From an uncultured Candidatus Binatia bacterium (GTDB taxonomy: Bacteria > Desulfobacterota > Binatia > UBA9968 > JAJDTQ01): a DNA stretch of 64,000 nucleotides. Where the stretch lies: contig OZ243916.1 in assembly GCA_965213675.1 (NCBI GenBank), positions 3,456,001 through 3,520,000 on the forward strand, in the 5' to 3' direction. Every line of letters starts with the position of its first letter. Position 1 is the first letter of the stretch. Below are positions 41,722 through 54,032 of this stretch, in pieces. The translations under genes and the position numbers were made by a program. The notes under the pieces were generated by a model. The model was not told the DNA's origin and did not search any database. It saw nothing but the letters and a program-made list of their open reading frames with translations.

Positions 41722-41900
41722 ATGACTTGCAGGGGCCACCGGCAGTCGCTGTGACAGCTTTCACGCGGGGAAGACCCCGGGGTCAAGTCCGGGGTGACGG
41801 AACGCCGCCCACGGCAGACCGCATTGGCAGATGATCGCAGGACAGTGACGGCAGGACAATGATCGCAGACGGATGACCGCAGAAATTTGCGGGACACGAC
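41722..41900 (+). mobile_element. Degenerate MITE-family copy F with inserted REP-like palindrome
   Basis: ATGACTTGC..CACGCGGGGAAGACCCCGGGGTCAAGTCCGGGGTGAC..; ends AATTTGCGGGACACGAC as copy C does. Confidence 0.65.
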
Positions 41901-41966
41901 CTCAGGCCCCTCGGGGACACCGCCGCGGCGTGGTCCGGGTGGTCGGTTTTCTCCAAGACGGATCCC

Positions 41967-43385
41967 ATGAAAGATGAAAGTCGACAGTTGAGTGCGCGTG
42001 CGTCCGACGGCCAGACGCTGACCCCGGTCATGACGCCGCGCGAGATCGTCTCGGAGCTGGACCGCTACATCGTTGGCCAGCGCGACGCCAAGCGCGCCGT
42101 GGCCGTGGCCGTGCGCAACCGCTGGCGGCGGCAACTGGTGCCCGCGGAGTTGCGTGACGAGATCGCTCCCAAGAACATCATCATGATCGGCCCCACGGGG
42201 GTGGGCAAGACCGAGATCTCCCGCAGGCTGGCCAAGCTGGCGCAGGCGCCGTTCATCAAGGTGGAAGCGTCGAAGTTCACCGAGGTGGGTTACGTCGGCC
42301 GCGACGTGGAGTCCATCATCCGCGACCTCATGGACCTGTCCGTCAAGATGGTGCGGGAAGAGGAACAGGAAAAGGTCCAGGTCAAGGCGCGGGACCTGGC
42401 GGAGGAAAGGGTCCTGGACCTGTTGCTGCCGGAGCCGCAGGCGCCGGAAAACGGGAATGGCGCGGAAGGCGAGAAGAGCGGCGAGAGCCCGGTGGAGCGC
42501 CCGTCACCCGCCACCCGCGAGAAGCTCCGGCGCATGCTCCGGGCCGGGAAGCTGGATGACCGCTCCGTCGACCTCGAACTGACGCAGCACATGACGCCGA
42601 TGATCGAAGTGCTGACGCCGCAGGGCATGGAGGAGATGGAGTCGAACATCAAGGAGATGTTCTCCAACCTCCTGCCCAAGCAGACCAAACGCAAGACGGT
42701 GAAGATCCCCGAAGCCATGAAGCTCCTGACCCAGGAGGAGGCGGCCGGGCTCGTGGACATGGAGACCGTGGTGGGCGAGGCCACGCGCCGGGTGGAGCAG
42801 TCGGGCATCGTGTTCATCGACGAGATCGACAAGATCGCCGGCCGCGAAACCGTGCACGGTCCCGACGTGTCCCGGGAAGGGGTGCAGCGCGACCTCCTGC
42901 CCATCGTGGAGGGGTCGACGGTCAGCTCGAAGTACGGGCTGGTGCGCACCGACCACATCCTGTTCATCGCCTCCGGCGCCTTCCACAACTCCAAGCCGTC
43001 GGACCTGATCCCGGAGTTTCAGGGGCGGTTTCCCATCCGCGTGGAGTTGAGCTCCCTCGACAAGAACGACTTCGTGCGCATTCTGACCGAGCCCAAGAAC
43101 GCGCTCATCCGGCAGTACATGGCGCTCCTGGAGACCGAGAGGATCCGCCTGCACTTTCAGGACGACGCCATCGAGGAGATCGCGCGGATCAGCGCCGAAG
43201 CCAACGAGAAGATGGAGAACATCGGCGCGCGCCGGCTGCACACCATCCTGGAGAAGCTGCTGGACGAGATCTCGTTTACGGCGCCGGAGATGCCGGGTCG
43301 TGAAGTGAGCATCGACGCCGCCTACGTCGGCGAGCGTTTGAACGCGATTCTGAAGGACCAGGATCTGTCCCGGTACATTCTTTAG
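41967..43385 (+). CDS. hslU: ATP-dependent protease ATPase subunit
   Basis: [31 protein letters not shown]. Confidence 0.98.
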   Translation: MKDESRQLSARASDGQTLTPVMTPREIVSELDRYIVGQRDAKRAVAVAVRNRWRRQLVPAELRDEIAPKNIIMIGPTGVGKTEISRRLAKLAQAPFIKVEASKFTEVGYVGRDVESIIRDLMDLSVKMVREEEQEKVQVKARDLAEERVLDLLLPEPQAPENGNGAEGEKSGESPVERPSPATREKLRRMLRAGKLDDRSVDLELTQHMTPMIEVLTPQGMEEMESNIKEMFSNLLPKQTKRKTVKIPEAMKLLTQEEAAGLVDMETVVGEATRRVEQSGIVFIDEIDKIAGRETVHGPDVSREGVQRDLLPIVEGSTVSSKYGLVRTDHILFIASGAFHNSKPSDLIPEFQGRFPIRVELSSLDKNDFVRILTEPKNALIRQYMALLETERIRLHFQDDAIEEIARISAEANEKMENIGARRLHTILEKLLDEISFTAPEMPGREVSIDAAYVGERLNAILKDQDLSRYIL

Positions 43386-43541
43386 GGTAAGTGGATGGTG
43401 TCCTTCGAATTCGCGCCGCTGACAATCCGCTACGCTCGGGACAAGAGTCTTGTTCCTTCCGTTCGTCGCGAGCCCTTGGACAAGTCCCGGACGGGACTTC
43501 GCGGAGCGAATCCGACGGCCACCATTACCGGAGTCGCGTAA

Positions 43542-44426
43542 GTGGAAGACTTCATCGGCAAGGCGGAAGTGTTGCTGGAAGCGCTCCCCTTCATCAAGCG
43601 CTTCCATGGCAAGACGTTCGTGGTCAAGTACGGCGGCTCGGCCATGGTGGACGAGGCGCTCAAGCAGAGCTTCGCCCAGGATGTCGTGTTGCTCAAGTAC
43701 GTCGGCATCAACGTGGTGGTGGTGCACGGCGGCGGTCCCCAGATCAACGAAACGCTGGGGAAGATGGGCATCGAGAGCCGTTACGTGCGCGGCATGCGCG
43801 TCACCGACGCGGAGAGCATCGACATCATCGAGATGGTGTTGGTGGGCAAGGTCAACAAGGAGATCGTCGCGCTCATCAACCAGCACGGCGGCGCCGCGGT
43901 GGGGCTCAGTGGCAAGGACGGCCAGCTCATACTCGCGCGCAAGATGAACGTGACCGTGCCCGGCGACGGCGAGAATACCGAGATCATCGATATCGGCATG
44001 GTGGGAGAGATCGTGCGGGTAGACCCCACGGTCATCCGCTCTCTGGAGGGCAACCGTTTCATTCCGGTCATTGCCCCCGTGGGCGTGGGCGAGACGGGAG
44101 AGACCTACAATATCAACGCGGACCTGGTAGCCGGGCGCGTGGCCGCGGCCGTGGGCGCCGAGAAGCTCATCCTCCTCACCGATGTGGAGGGCGTGCGTGA
44201 CCGCGAGGGGAGCCTGATCAGCACCCTCACCATCGCCGAGTCTACGGACCTTATCCGAAAGGACGTGGTCTCGTCCGGCATGATTCCCAAGGTCGAGTGC
44301 TGCGTGGAAGCTCTCGACGGCGGCGTGGTCAAGACCCATATCATCGACGGCCGGGACCGCCATGCCGTCCTGTTGGAGATCTTCACCGAGCAGGGCGTCG
44401 GCACGGAGGTGATTCGGGGCAGTTAG
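43542..44426 (+). CDS. argB: Acetylglutamate kinase
   Basis: [27 protein letters not shown]. Confidence 0.98.
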   Translation: MEDFIGKAEVLLEALPFIKRFHGKTFVVKYGGSAMVDEALKQSFAQDVVLLKYVGINVVVVHGGGPQINETLGKMGIESRYVRGMRVTDAESIDIIEMVLVGKVNKEIVALINQHGGAAVGLSGKDGQLILARKMNVTVPGDGENTEIIDIGMVGEIVRVDPTVIRSLEGNRFIPVIAPVGVGETGETYNINADLVAGRVAAAVGAEKLILLTDVEGVRDREGSLISTLTIAESTDLIRKDVVSSGMIPKVECCVEALDGGVVKTHIIDGRDRHAVLLEIFTEQGVGTEVIRGS

Positions 44427-44443
44427 GGTTGCGGAACGCAACA

Positions 44444-44608
44444 CTAGTGTGGTGTCTGGTTAATTCGCGTCATAATGTGCGGAGGATTTTTTGTTGTCGG
44501 CAAGGCGCGATGACGAGCAGTGGCGTGTACCACGCGAGGAAGAGCAACGCAGCCGACGGCGAAAAAGACCCGCAGATTATGACGCGAATTAACCAGACAC
44601 CACACTAG
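44444..44608 (+). mobile_element. MITE-like 165-bp element, copy B
   Basis: CTAG-bounded, 39-bp TIR with one mismatch; near-identical to copy A in opposite orientation. Confidence 0.88.
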
Positions 44609-44652
44609 GAGCTCAGGCACCATGGTTGTCGCCCTCCGTGCCCGATGGATGC

Positions 44653-45846
44653 ATGATGTCGAATCAGGAAATGCAACAACTGACCGAAGCGCACGTGATG
44701 AACACCTACGCGCGCTTCCCCGTGGCGCTGGTGCGGGGCGAAGGCGTGCGCGTGTGGGACGCCGACGGCAAGGCCTATCTGGACTTCGTCGCGGGCATCG
44801 CCGTGAACAGCCTGGGACACTGCCACCCGGCGGTGGCCAAGGCCGTGTCCGAACAGGTGCGCAGCCTGATCCACGTATCGAACCTCTACCATATCGAACC
44901 CCAGGCACGGCTGGCCCAAGCGCTGTGCGAGCACTCCTTCGCCGACCGGGTGTTCTTCTGCAACAGCGGCGCCGAGGCCAACGAGGCCGCCATCAAGCTG
45001 GCGCGGCGTTACGGCGCGGAACGCGGCCAGGGCCGAAACGAGGTCCTCACCGCCCTCAACTCCTTTCACGGGCGTACCCTCGCCACCCTGACGGCCACCG
45101 GCCAGGAGAAGATCCGTCTGGGCTACGATCCGCTCCCGCCGGGGTTCCGCTACGTTCCTTTCAACGACCTGGATGCGGTGGAGGACGCGGTGGACGAACG
45201 CACCGCGGCGATCCTGGTGGAGCCCATCCAGGGTGAGGGCGGCGTAGTGGTGCCGGATGCATCCTACATGCGCGGGCTGCGGCAACTCTGCGACGACAAG
45301 GAATTGCTCTTGATGTTCGACGAGGTGCAGGTGGGCATGGGGCGCACCGGCCGGCTCTTTGGCTATGAGCACTTCGGCGTCGAGCCCGACGTCATGACCT
45401 TGGCCAAAGCCCTGGGCGGCGGCCTTCCCCTGGGCGCCATGCTGGCGCGGGAGGATGTGGCCAGGAGCTTTCCGCCCGGATCCCACGCCTCCACCTTCGG
45501 CGGCAACCCCGTGGTGTGCTCCGCCGGGTTGGCGGTTATGAGGACCCTCGTGGAAGAGGGCGTGGTGGAGCACGGCGCGGCCATGGGCGACCTGCTGCGC
45601 AAGGGGCTGGAGGCGCTGGCGCAGCGTTTCGGCTTCATCCGCGAGGTGCGCGGCAAGGGCTTGCTGCTGGGCATGGAAATGGACCGCGAGTGCGGCCCCC
45701 TGGTCCAGGAATGCATGAAGGAAGGGCTGTTGGTGGTGCTCGCGGGTCCCAACGTGCTGCGCATGGTGCCGCCGCTCACCGTGTCGGAGACGGACGTGGA
45801 GGAGGCGCTGGGCATTCTGGAGCGGGTGCTGGAGCGTGTCGGGTAG
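44653..45846 (+). CDS. argD: Acetylornithine aminotransferase
   Basis: NSGAEANE, FHGRT, DEVQ, TLAKALGGG, STFGGNP. Confidence 0.96.
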   Translation: MMSNQEMQQLTEAHVMNTYARFPVALVRGEGVRVWDADGKAYLDFVAGIAVNSLGHCHPAVAKAVSEQVRSLIHVSNLYHIEPQARLAQALCEHSFADRVFFCNSGAEANEAAIKLARRYGAERGQGRNEVLTALNSFHGRTLATLTATGQEKIRLGYDPLPPGFRYVPFNDLDAVEDAVDERTAAILVEPIQGEGGVVVPDASYMRGLRQLCDDKELLLMFDEVQVGMGRTGRLFGYEHFGVEPDVMTLAKALGGGLPLGAMLAREDVARSFPPGSHASTFGGNPVVCSAGLAVMRTLVEEGVVEHGAAMGDLLRKGLEALAQRFGFIREVRGKGLLLGMEMDRECGPLVQECMKEGLLVVLAGPNVLRMVPPLTVSETDVEEALGILERVLERVG

Positions 45847-45886
45847 CGCGTCGGGTTTTTTCGAATCGTAGCGGGGCGGGACCAGG

Positions 45887-46795
45887 ATGAAACGCGACGT
45901 ACGGACATTGCGGGACCTCACGCGCGCAGACATGGAGGAAGTGCTCTCCCTGGGCGCGACTCTCAAGCGGGAACGCGCGGAGGGACGGTTGCGCCCGCTT
46001 CTGGCCGGGAAGAAGCTCGCCCTGCTGTTCCAGAAGCCCAGCCTGCGCACCCGCGCCACCTTCGACCTCGGCATGACCGAACTGGGCGGTAGCGCGCTCT
46101 TCCTCGGGCCGGACGAGGTGCAGCTCGGTTCCCGGGAAACACCGGCCGACTGCGTGCGCGTGCTGGACCGTCTGGTGGACATCATCGCCGCGCGCACCTT
46201 TGCCCACGAGATCGTGGAGGAACTGGCCCGTCACGGCGCCGTGCCGGTGATCAACGCGCTTTCCGACCTGTATCACCCGTGCCAGGTGCTGGCCGACCTC
46301 CTGACCCTGCGCGAGCGCAAGGGCAGCATCGAGGGCCGCCGCGTGGTGTTCGTGGGCGACGGCAACAACGTGGCGCATTCCTGGCTTCTGGCGGCGGAGA
46401 AACTGCCGTTCCGCTTCACCCTGGCGTGCCCCGAGGGGTTCGAGCCCGACCGGGAGATCCTCGATTCGGCGGTGGCCGCGGGCGCGGATGCGCATGTCAC
46501 CCACGATGCGGCCGCGGCGGTGGAGGGCGCCGACGCCATCTACACCGACGTGTGGGCGAGCATGGGGCAGGAGGCGGAGGCCGGCGACCGCCGGCGGGCG
46601 TTCGCCCCCTTCCAGGTCAATGGGGAACTGGTGGCGCGGGCCAGGGACGACGTGGCGGTCATGCACTGCCTCCCGGCCCACCGCGGCGAGGAAATCACCG
46701 GCGAGGTCCTCGAAGGTCCGCGCTCGGTGGTGTTCGATCAGGCGGAGAATCGTCTTCACGCGCAGAAGGCGTTGATGGTGTGGTGTCTGGCGTAG
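45887..46795 (+). CDS. argF: Ornithine carbamoyltransferase
   Basis: SLRT, HPCQ, HCLP. Confidence 0.97.
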   Translation: MKRDVRTLRDLTRADMEEVLSLGATLKRERAEGRLRPLLAGKKLALLFQKPSLRTRATFDLGMTELGGSALFLGPDEVQLGSRETPADCVRVLDRLVDIIAARTFAHEIVEELARHGAVPVINALSDLYHPCQVLADLLTLRERKGSIEGRRVVFVGDGNNVAHSWLLAAEKLPFRFTLACPEGFEPDREILDSAVAAGADAHVTHDAAAAVEGADAIYTDVWASMGQEAEAGDRRRAFAPFQVNGELVARARDDVAVMHCLPAHRGEEITGEVLEGPRSVVFDQAENRLHAQKALMVWCLA

Positions 46796-46859
46796 CAGTG
46801 CGCGGCGCGCGGGAAGCGCGCCAGGAACTTGGGCCGCCCTGCAACTCGAAGAGGGATTC

Positions 46860-48059
<1,200 letters not shown>

Positions 48060-48067
48060 GCGAGGGC

Positions 48068-49441
48068 ATGGCGCAGAAGAAACAGCTCTGGGGCGGCCGC
48101 TTCGCCGGCTCCACCGCGGACTCCGTGGTGGCCTTCACCGCGTCCGTGGACGTGGACCGGCGCCTGTACCGGCATGACATCGCCGGCAGCATCGCCCATG
48201 CCCGCATGCTGGGCAAGCAGGGCATCATTCGCGCAGGCGACGCGCGCAAGATCGTCGCGGGACTGCGCGCCGTCGAGAAGGAGATCGCCAAGGGCGCGTT
48301 CCCCTTCAGCCTCGCCGACGAAGACATTCACATGAACATCGAGCGGCGGCTCACCGAGAAGATCGGCGCCGTCGGCGAGAAGCTCCACACCGCCCGGAGC
48401 CGCAACGACCAGGTGAACCTGGACACGCGGCTCTATCTGCGGGAGGCGCTCGACGGCATCCTGAAGGGCCTGGAGGCGTTGCAGCAGGCGCTGGCCCGCG
48501 CCGCGCGGCGCAACGAGACCGTCGTGATGCCCGGCTACACGCACCTGCAGCGCGCCCAGCCAGTGCTCTTCGCGCACCACCTGCTGGCCTACGTGGAGAT
48601 GTTCGAGCGTGACAAGGGGCGCTACCGTCACTGCCGGGAAGAAACCGATGTCATGCCCTTGGGCTCCGGCGCGCTGGCGGGCACCACCTTTCCCATCGAC
48701 CGGGCTTACGTGGCCAAACTCCTGGGCTTCCCGCGCCTCACCCGGAACAGCATCGATGCGGTGAGCGACCGGGACTTCGTGCTGGAGTTCCTGTCCGCGT
48801 CCGCCATCCTCTTCGTGCACCTGAGCCGCATGGCGGACGAGTTGATCCTTTGGTCCAGCGAGGAGTTCGGCTTCATCGAGCTGCCGGACGCCTACTGCAC
48901 CGGCAGTTCCATGATGCCGCAGAAGAAGAACCCCGACGTGGCCGAACTGATCCGCGGCAAGACGGGCCGGGTCTACGGCCACCTGAACGCGCTCCTGACC
49001 ATCATGAAGGGGCTGCCGCTGGCCTACAACCGCGACCTTCAGGAGGACAAGGAGCCGCTGTTCGACACGGTGGACACGGTGACGGCGTGCCTGGCCATGG
49101 CCCGTGATCTGTTCCATGGGCTCACGGTGCGCGGCGAGCGCATGGCCGCGGCCGCGGAGCAGGGCTTCATGAACGCCACCGATCTGGCCGACTACCTCGT
49201 GGGCCGGGGCCTCAGCTTCCGCGCCGCCCACGACGTGGTGGGCCGCGCCGTGCGCCACTGCATCGACGCCGGGTGCAAACTGGAGGAATTGTCGCTTGAG
49301 GATCTCCAGGGCCATTGCCCGGAAATCGGCGTGGACGTCTACAAGGTCCTGACACTGCGCGCCGGCGTTGAACGCCGCCGCGCCCCCGGCGGCACCGCGC
49401 CCGTGAACGTGCGCCGCCAACTGAAGAAGCTGGGGGTATGA
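48068..49441 (+). CDS. argH: Argininosuccinate lyase
   Basis: LWGGRF, RSRNDQ, GSSMMPQKKNPD. Confidence 0.98.
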   Translation: MAQKKQLWGGRFAGSTADSVVAFTASVDVDRRLYRHDIAGSIAHARMLGKQGIIRAGDARKIVAGLRAVEKEIAKGAFPFSLADEDIHMNIERRLTEKIGAVGEKLHTARSRNDQVNLDTRLYLREALDGILKGLEALQQALARAARRNETVVMPGYTHLQRAQPVLFAHHLLAYVEMFERDKGRYRHCREETDVMPLGSGALAGTTFPIDRAYVAKLLGFPRLTRNSIDAVSDRDFVLEFLSASAILFVHLSRMADELILWSSEEFGFIELPDAYCTGSSMMPQKKNPDVAELIRGKTGRVYGHLNALLTIMKGLPLAYNRDLQEDKEPLFDTVDTVTACLAMARDLFHGLTVRGERMAAAAEQGFMNATDLADYLVGRGLSFRAAHDVVGRAVRHCIDAGCKLEELSLEDLQGHCPEIGVDVYKVLTLRAGVERRRAPGGTAPVNVRRQLKKLGV

Positions 49442-49944
49442 TGGCAACCGTTTCGACACGGAGGCTACACTCTGCAGGGCGAACGGATGTTCGGCGGGCG
49501 CGCGGTGCGGTAGCCGGTCTTGTGTGCCTGCTCCTTGTGCTGGTCGCGGGCTGTGGCCGCATGGGGCCGCCGCGGGCGGCGGACCTGGTGGAGCCGGTGG
49601 CCATCAGCGATCTGACCCTGGTGCTCGCGGACCGCAGCGTCCGCCTGGGCTGGTCGCATCCCCGGATCGCCCTCGACGGCCGGCCCCTCACGGACCTTTC
49701 CGGGTTCGTGGTGTACCGCAAGAACACGCCGGCGAATTGCCCGGACTGCAACCCGGCCTACGGCGAGCGGGCGGTGATCCACGTGGAGGACGAGGGGCGC
49801 TTCTTCAAGCGGTCGGAATACACGTTTACGGACACGGAGCTTCAAGCCGGCCGGGTCTACCGGTATCGGGTCCGCGTCCGGTTGTCGGACGGCTCCCTCA
49901 GTCAGCCGTCCAACGAGGTCAGCATCGAATGGCAACGGCAGTAG
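49438..49944 (+). CDS. Putative lipoprotein with fibronectin-III-like domain
   Basis: Lipobox VAGC followed by GRMGPP; CPDC; YRYRV; start uncertain. Confidence 0.7.
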   Translation: MMATVSTRRLHSAGRTDVRRARGAVAGLVCLLLVLVAGCGRMGPPRAADLVEPVAISDLTLVLADRSVRLGWSHPRIALDGRPLTDLSGFVVYRKNTPANCPDCNPAYGERAVIHVEDEGRFFKRSEYTFTDTELQAGRVYRYRVRVRLSDGSLSQPSNEVSIEWQRQ

Positions 49945-51194
49945 AACGTTTCACCCACAGGAACGACGAGATGGTTTGCGAGGACGTCCCGATCCGGGAC
50001 GTGGTGGAGGCGGTGGGGACGCCGGTGTACGTATACAGCCTGGCGCGGTTGCGCGACGCCTTCCGCGCCTTCGACCAGGCCTTCGCGGACACGCGCCATC
50101 TGGTGTGCTTCTCGGTCAAGGCCAACTCCAACCTCGCGGTGCTGCGCGCCTTCGTGAACGAGGGCTCGGGGTTCGACATCGTGTCGGGCGGCGAGCTGTT
50201 CCGCGCGCTCAAGGCCGGCGCCGACCCGCGCAAGGTGGTCTTCTCCGGCGTGGGCAAGACCCGCGACGAGATGGCGTACGCGCTGCGTTCCGGCATCCTC
50301 ATGTTCAACGTCGAGTCGGAGCAGGAGCTGGAGGCGCTGAACGAGGTGGCGGGCGGCATGGGCGTGACCGCGCCGGTAAGCTTTCGCATCAATCCCGACG
50401 TGGACCCGCAGACCCATCCGTACATCTCCACGGGCATGAAGAAGAGCAAGTTCGGCATCGCCATGGACCCGGCGGCCGCGGCCTACCGCCGCGCCATCGC
50501 GCTGCCTCACATCGATGTGGTGGGCGTGGACTGCCACATCGGCTCCCAGCTCACGTCCACCGCGCCGTTCTCGGACGCCGCCGCGCGTGTGCGCGCGTTC
50601 GTCGAGGCGCTGCGGCGCGACGGGGCGAACATCCGCTACGTGGACCTGGGCGGGGGGCTCGGCATCCGCTACGACGACGAGGAGCCGCCCGATCCCCGCG
50701 ATTACGCCAGGGCGCTGACGGGCGGGCTCGGCGATCAGGACGTGACACTGGTGCTGGAGCCCGGCCGGTCCATGGTGGGCAACGCCGGCATTCTGGTCAC
50801 CCGCGTGCTTTACCTCAAGCGGGGCGAGGCCAAGAACTTCGTGGTGGTGGACGGCGCCATGAACGACCTCATCCGCCCGTCGCTCTACGGCGCCTTCCAG
50901 GGCGTGCGGCCGGTGGTGCGGCGAGAGGCCGCGCTCATGACCGCCGACGTGGTCGGACCCATCTGCGAAAGCGGCGACTTCCTGGCCCAGGACCGCGAGA
51001 TCGAGACGCCGGCGCCGGGGGACCTGCTGGCGGTGATGAGCGCCGGCGCCTACGGCTTCACCATGGCGTCCAACTACAATACGCGCCCGCGCGCCGCCGA
51101 GGTGCTGGTGGACGGCAAGGACTTCGCCGTGGTGCGGGAACGCGAAACCCTGGAAAGCCTCGTGGCCGGGGAGACGATCCCGGCGCTGCTGTAA
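49929..51194 (+). CDS. lysA: Diaminopimelate decarboxylase
   Basis: SVKANSN, HIGSQ, EPGR, GPICESGD, GAYG..MASNYN. Confidence 0.97.
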   Translation: MATAVERFTHRNDEMVCEDVPIRDVVEAVGTPVYVYSLARLRDAFRAFDQAFADTRHLVCFSVKANSNLAVLRAFVNEGSGFDIVSGGELFRALKAGADPRKVVFSGVGKTRDEMAYALRSGILMFNVESEQELEALNEVAGGMGVTAPVSFRINPDVDPQTHPYISTGMKKSKFGIAMDPAAAAYRRAIALPHIDVVGVDCHIGSQLTSTAPFSDAAARVRAFVEALRRDGANIRYVDLGGGLGIRYDDEEPPDPRDYARALTGGLGDQDVTLVLEPGRSMVGNAGILVTRVLYLKRGEAKNFVVVDGAMNDLIRPSLYGAFQGVRPVVRREAALMTADVVGPICESGDFLAQDREIETPAPGDLLAVMSAGAYGFTMASNYNTRPRAAEVLVDGKDFAVVRERETLESLVAGETIPALL

Positions 51195-51348
51195 TGGGGT
51201 GCGCCAAGGATGGGTGCGCCAAACGCGCTCATGGGACCGCGGGGACAGGCTTGGGGTCGCCGGGCGTCCTTCGTGTTGAAGCCTGTCCCGAGCGCGGCGC
51301 AGCGGTGTCGAGGGGACGCCAGCTTTCCGCCGATGCTACGGGGGAGTC

Positions 51349-52170
51349 ATGACCGAACTCACGTTCACCAAGATGCACGGCTGCGGCAACGACTTCGTGG
51401 TGCTGGACTGCATGGAGCGGTCGCCCTCGGACTTGGCGGCAATCGCAAGGAACCTGTGTCACCGCCGATTCGGCGTGGGCGCGGACCAGTTGCTCACCGT
51501 GCGCCCGTCGGAATCGGCGGACTTTCGCATGGAGATCTACAATGCCGACGGCGGCGAGGTGGAGATGTGCGGCAACGGCATCCGTTGCTTCGCCAAGTAC
51601 GTCTACGAGCACGGCCTGACCGGGAAGCGGGAACTCGAGGTGGATACCCTCGCCGGCATCATTCGTCCGCGTCTCAAGGGCGACCGCGTCGAAGTGGACA
51701 TGGGCCGGCCCGTGCTCGAAGGCCGCGACATCCCGGTGGACGCCGGCGGCCGCATCGTGAACCGGCCGCTCACCGTGGACGGTCAGGAATATGCGGTCAC
51801 CTGCGTGTCCATGGGCAATCCCCACTGCGTAGTCTACGTCGGCGACGTGGAGCCGCTGGACCTGCCCCGCCTGGGACCCCTTTTCGAGCACCACGCCTTC
51901 TTCCCCAACCGCGTGAACACCGAGTTCGTCCAGGTGCTGGCGTCCGACGAGGTGCGCATGCGCGTGTGGGAGCGCGGCGCCGGCGAGACCTGGGCCTGCG
52001 GCACCGGCGCCTGCGCGGCGGGCGTGGCCGGCGCATTGACCGGCAGAACCGGGAAGAAGATTACGGTTCACCTCATCGGCGGCGACCTGGAGATCCACTG
52101 GGCCGGCGACGATCGGGTCTACATGACTGGCCCCGCACAGGAGGTCTTTCAAGGGAGCATCCGCGTGTGA
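51349..52170 (+). CDS. dapF: Diaminopimelate epimerase
   Basis: KMHGCGNDF, EMCGNG, GNPH, ERGAGETWACGTG. Confidence 0.98.
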   Translation: MTELTFTKMHGCGNDFVVLDCMERSPSDLAAIARNLCHRRFGVGADQLLTVRPSESADFRMEIYNADGGEVEMCGNGIRCFAKYVYEHGLTGKRELEVDTLAGIIRPRLKGDRVEVDMGRPVLEGRDIPVDAGGRIVNRPLTVDGQEYAVTCVSMGNPHCVVYVGDVEPLDLPRLGPLFEHHAFFPNRVNTEFVQVLASDEVRMRVWERGAGETWACGTGACAAGVAGALTGRTGKKITVHLIGGDLEIHWAGDDRVYMTGPAQEVFQGSIRV

Positions 52171-52306
52171 CCGTGAGCCTGAAGTGTGCCCGCGCGGCCC
52201 GAAGGAAGTGGCGCCAACGCCCCGAGTCGTCATTCCCGCCGAACAGGCCGTGTCGACGCATGATCCGAGAAAGAGGCGTCGAGCAAAGAAAAAGAGGGAC
52301 AACCCG

Positions 52307-53185
52307 ATGTTTACCGGATCGATGACGGCCATGGTGACTCCGTTCAGGGACGGCGGCGTGGACTACGCCGCGCTTGAGGCGCTTGTGGAGTTCCAGATCG
52401 AACAGGGCTCCCACGGGCTGGTGCCATGCGGCTCCACCGGGGAGTCGGCCACCCTGGACCACGACGAGCACCATGCGGTCATCAAGGCCGTGGTGCGCGC
52501 GGCGCGGCAACGGGTCCCGGTCATCGCGGGCACGGGCTCCAATTCCACCCAGGAAGCCATGGAACTCACCCGTGCGGCGGAGCAGTCGGGCGCGGACGGC
52601 GCGCTGCTCATCTCGCCCTACTACAACAAGCCCACCCAGGAGGGGATTTATCACCACTACCGCGCCGTGGCCGGGCACGTGGGCATCCCCCTCATCGTCT
52701 ACAACATCCCCGGCCGGACCGCCTCGAAGATGGAGCCCGAGACCCTGGCGCGGCTGGCGGAGATCGGCAACGTCGTGGGCGTGAAGGAGGCCACCGGGTC
52801 GGTGGACCAGGCCATGGACGTCATCCGGCTGTGCGGCGACTCCCTGGCGGTCTACTCCGGCGAGGATTCGCTGGTGTATTCGCTCATGACCTTGGGCGGC
52901 AAGGGCGTCATCACCACCACTGGCAACGTCGCGCCCCGGGCCATGGCCGACCTCACGGAAGCGTGCCTGCGGGAAGACTGGGCCACCGGCCGCCGGATCC
53001 AGTTCGAACTGATGCCGTTGATCCGGTGTCTTTTCAGCGAGACCAATCCCATCCCTGTCAAGGCGGCGTTGGCCGCCATGGGCAAGTGCGGCCCGGAGAT
53101 CCGCCTGCCGCTGACTCCCATGACCGAGCCGAACCTCAAGCGGCTGAAGGGCGCCATGACCGATCAGGGCTTGATTCCGTCATGA
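52307..53185 (+). CDS. dapA: 4-hydroxy-tetrahydrodipicolinate synthase
   Basis: GSTGES, PYYNKP, YNIPGRT, GVKEA, ETNPIPVK. Confidence 0.97.
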   Translation: MFTGSMTAMVTPFRDGGVDYAALEALVEFQIEQGSHGLVPCGSTGESATLDHDEHHAVIKAVVRAARQRVPVIAGTGSNSTQEAMELTRAAEQSGADGALLISPYYNKPTQEGIYHHYRAVAGHVGIPLIVYNIPGRTASKMEPETLARLAEIGNVVGVKEATGSVDQAMDVIRLCGDSLAVYSGEDSLVYSLMTLGGKGVITTTGNVAPRAMADLTEACLREDWATGRRIQFELMPLIRCLFSETNPIPVKAALAAMGKCGPEIRLPLTPMTEPNLKRLKGAMTDQGLIPS

Positions 53186-53210
53186 CCTGGACGCCTGCAC
53201 CGGTAGTCTC

Positions 53211-54032
53211 ATGAGAAATTCCCTGGGCCTGATCGTTTGCGGGGTGGGCGGAAGGATGGGCGGCGCCATCGTGCGCCTGATCCGGGAAACCCCGGGTGTC
53301 GTCCTGGCCGGGGCCACGGACCGCCCCGGCAGCCCGCGGCTCGGGCAGGACGCCGGCGCGGTGGCGGGGGCCGGGCATGTGGGCGTCGCCATTGGCGGGG
53401 GTCTCGACCCAGCGGCCGCGCAAGGTGCCGTTATCGTGGACTTTACGACCCCCGAGGCTTCCGTGGACCACATGAAGGCGGCGGCCAGGACCGCCACTCC
53501 CATCGTCATCGGCACGACGGGCTTCAACGCCCGGCAACTCCGGCAGATACGCACCTTGGCGGCCCGGACTCCCACCGTGCTCGCGCCCAACATGAGCCTC
53601 GGGGTGAACCTCCTGCTGGACCTGGTGGGCCGGGTTGCCCGCAGCCTTGGTGACGCCTACGACGTGGAGATCGTGGAGGCGCACCACCGGTTCAAGAAAG
53701 ACGCCCCCAGCGGCACGGCGCTGGCACTGGCCCGGGCCGCGGGCGACGCCTTGGGGCGCAAGCTGGAACGGGTGGGTGTGGAGGGCCGCAGCGGGATTGG
53801 CGAGCGAAAGAAGGCCGACATCGGTCTTCTTTCCGTGCGCGCCGGCGATATCGCAGGCGAGCACACGGTGATGTTCGGCGGCATCGGAGAAAGGATCGAG
53901 CTGGTCCACCGAGCCCACAGCCGGGACGCTTTCGGCCGCGGCGCCATTCGAGCGGCGCAGTGGCTGGCGGGCAAGGAGAACGGCCTTCACGGAATGCAGG
54001 ACGTGTTGGGACTCGCGGAGGGGCGGGGCTGA
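53211..54032 (+). CDS. dapB: 4-hydroxy-tetrahydrodipicolinate reductase
   Basis: GRMG, IGTTG, EAHHRFKKDAPSGTA. Confidence 0.97.
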   Translation: MRNSLGLIVCGVGGRMGGAIVRLIRETPGVVLAGATDRPGSPRLGQDAGAVAGAGHVGVAIGGGLDPAAAQGAVIVDFTTPEASVDHMKAAARTATPIVIGTTGFNARQLRQIRTLAARTPTVLAPNMSLGVNLLLDLVGRVARSLGDAYDVEIVEAHHRFKKDAPSGTALALARAAGDALGRKLERVGVEGRSGIGERKKADIGLLSVRAGDIAGEHTVMFGGIGERIELVHRAHSRDAFGRGAIRAAQWLAGKENGLHGMQDVLGLAEGRG

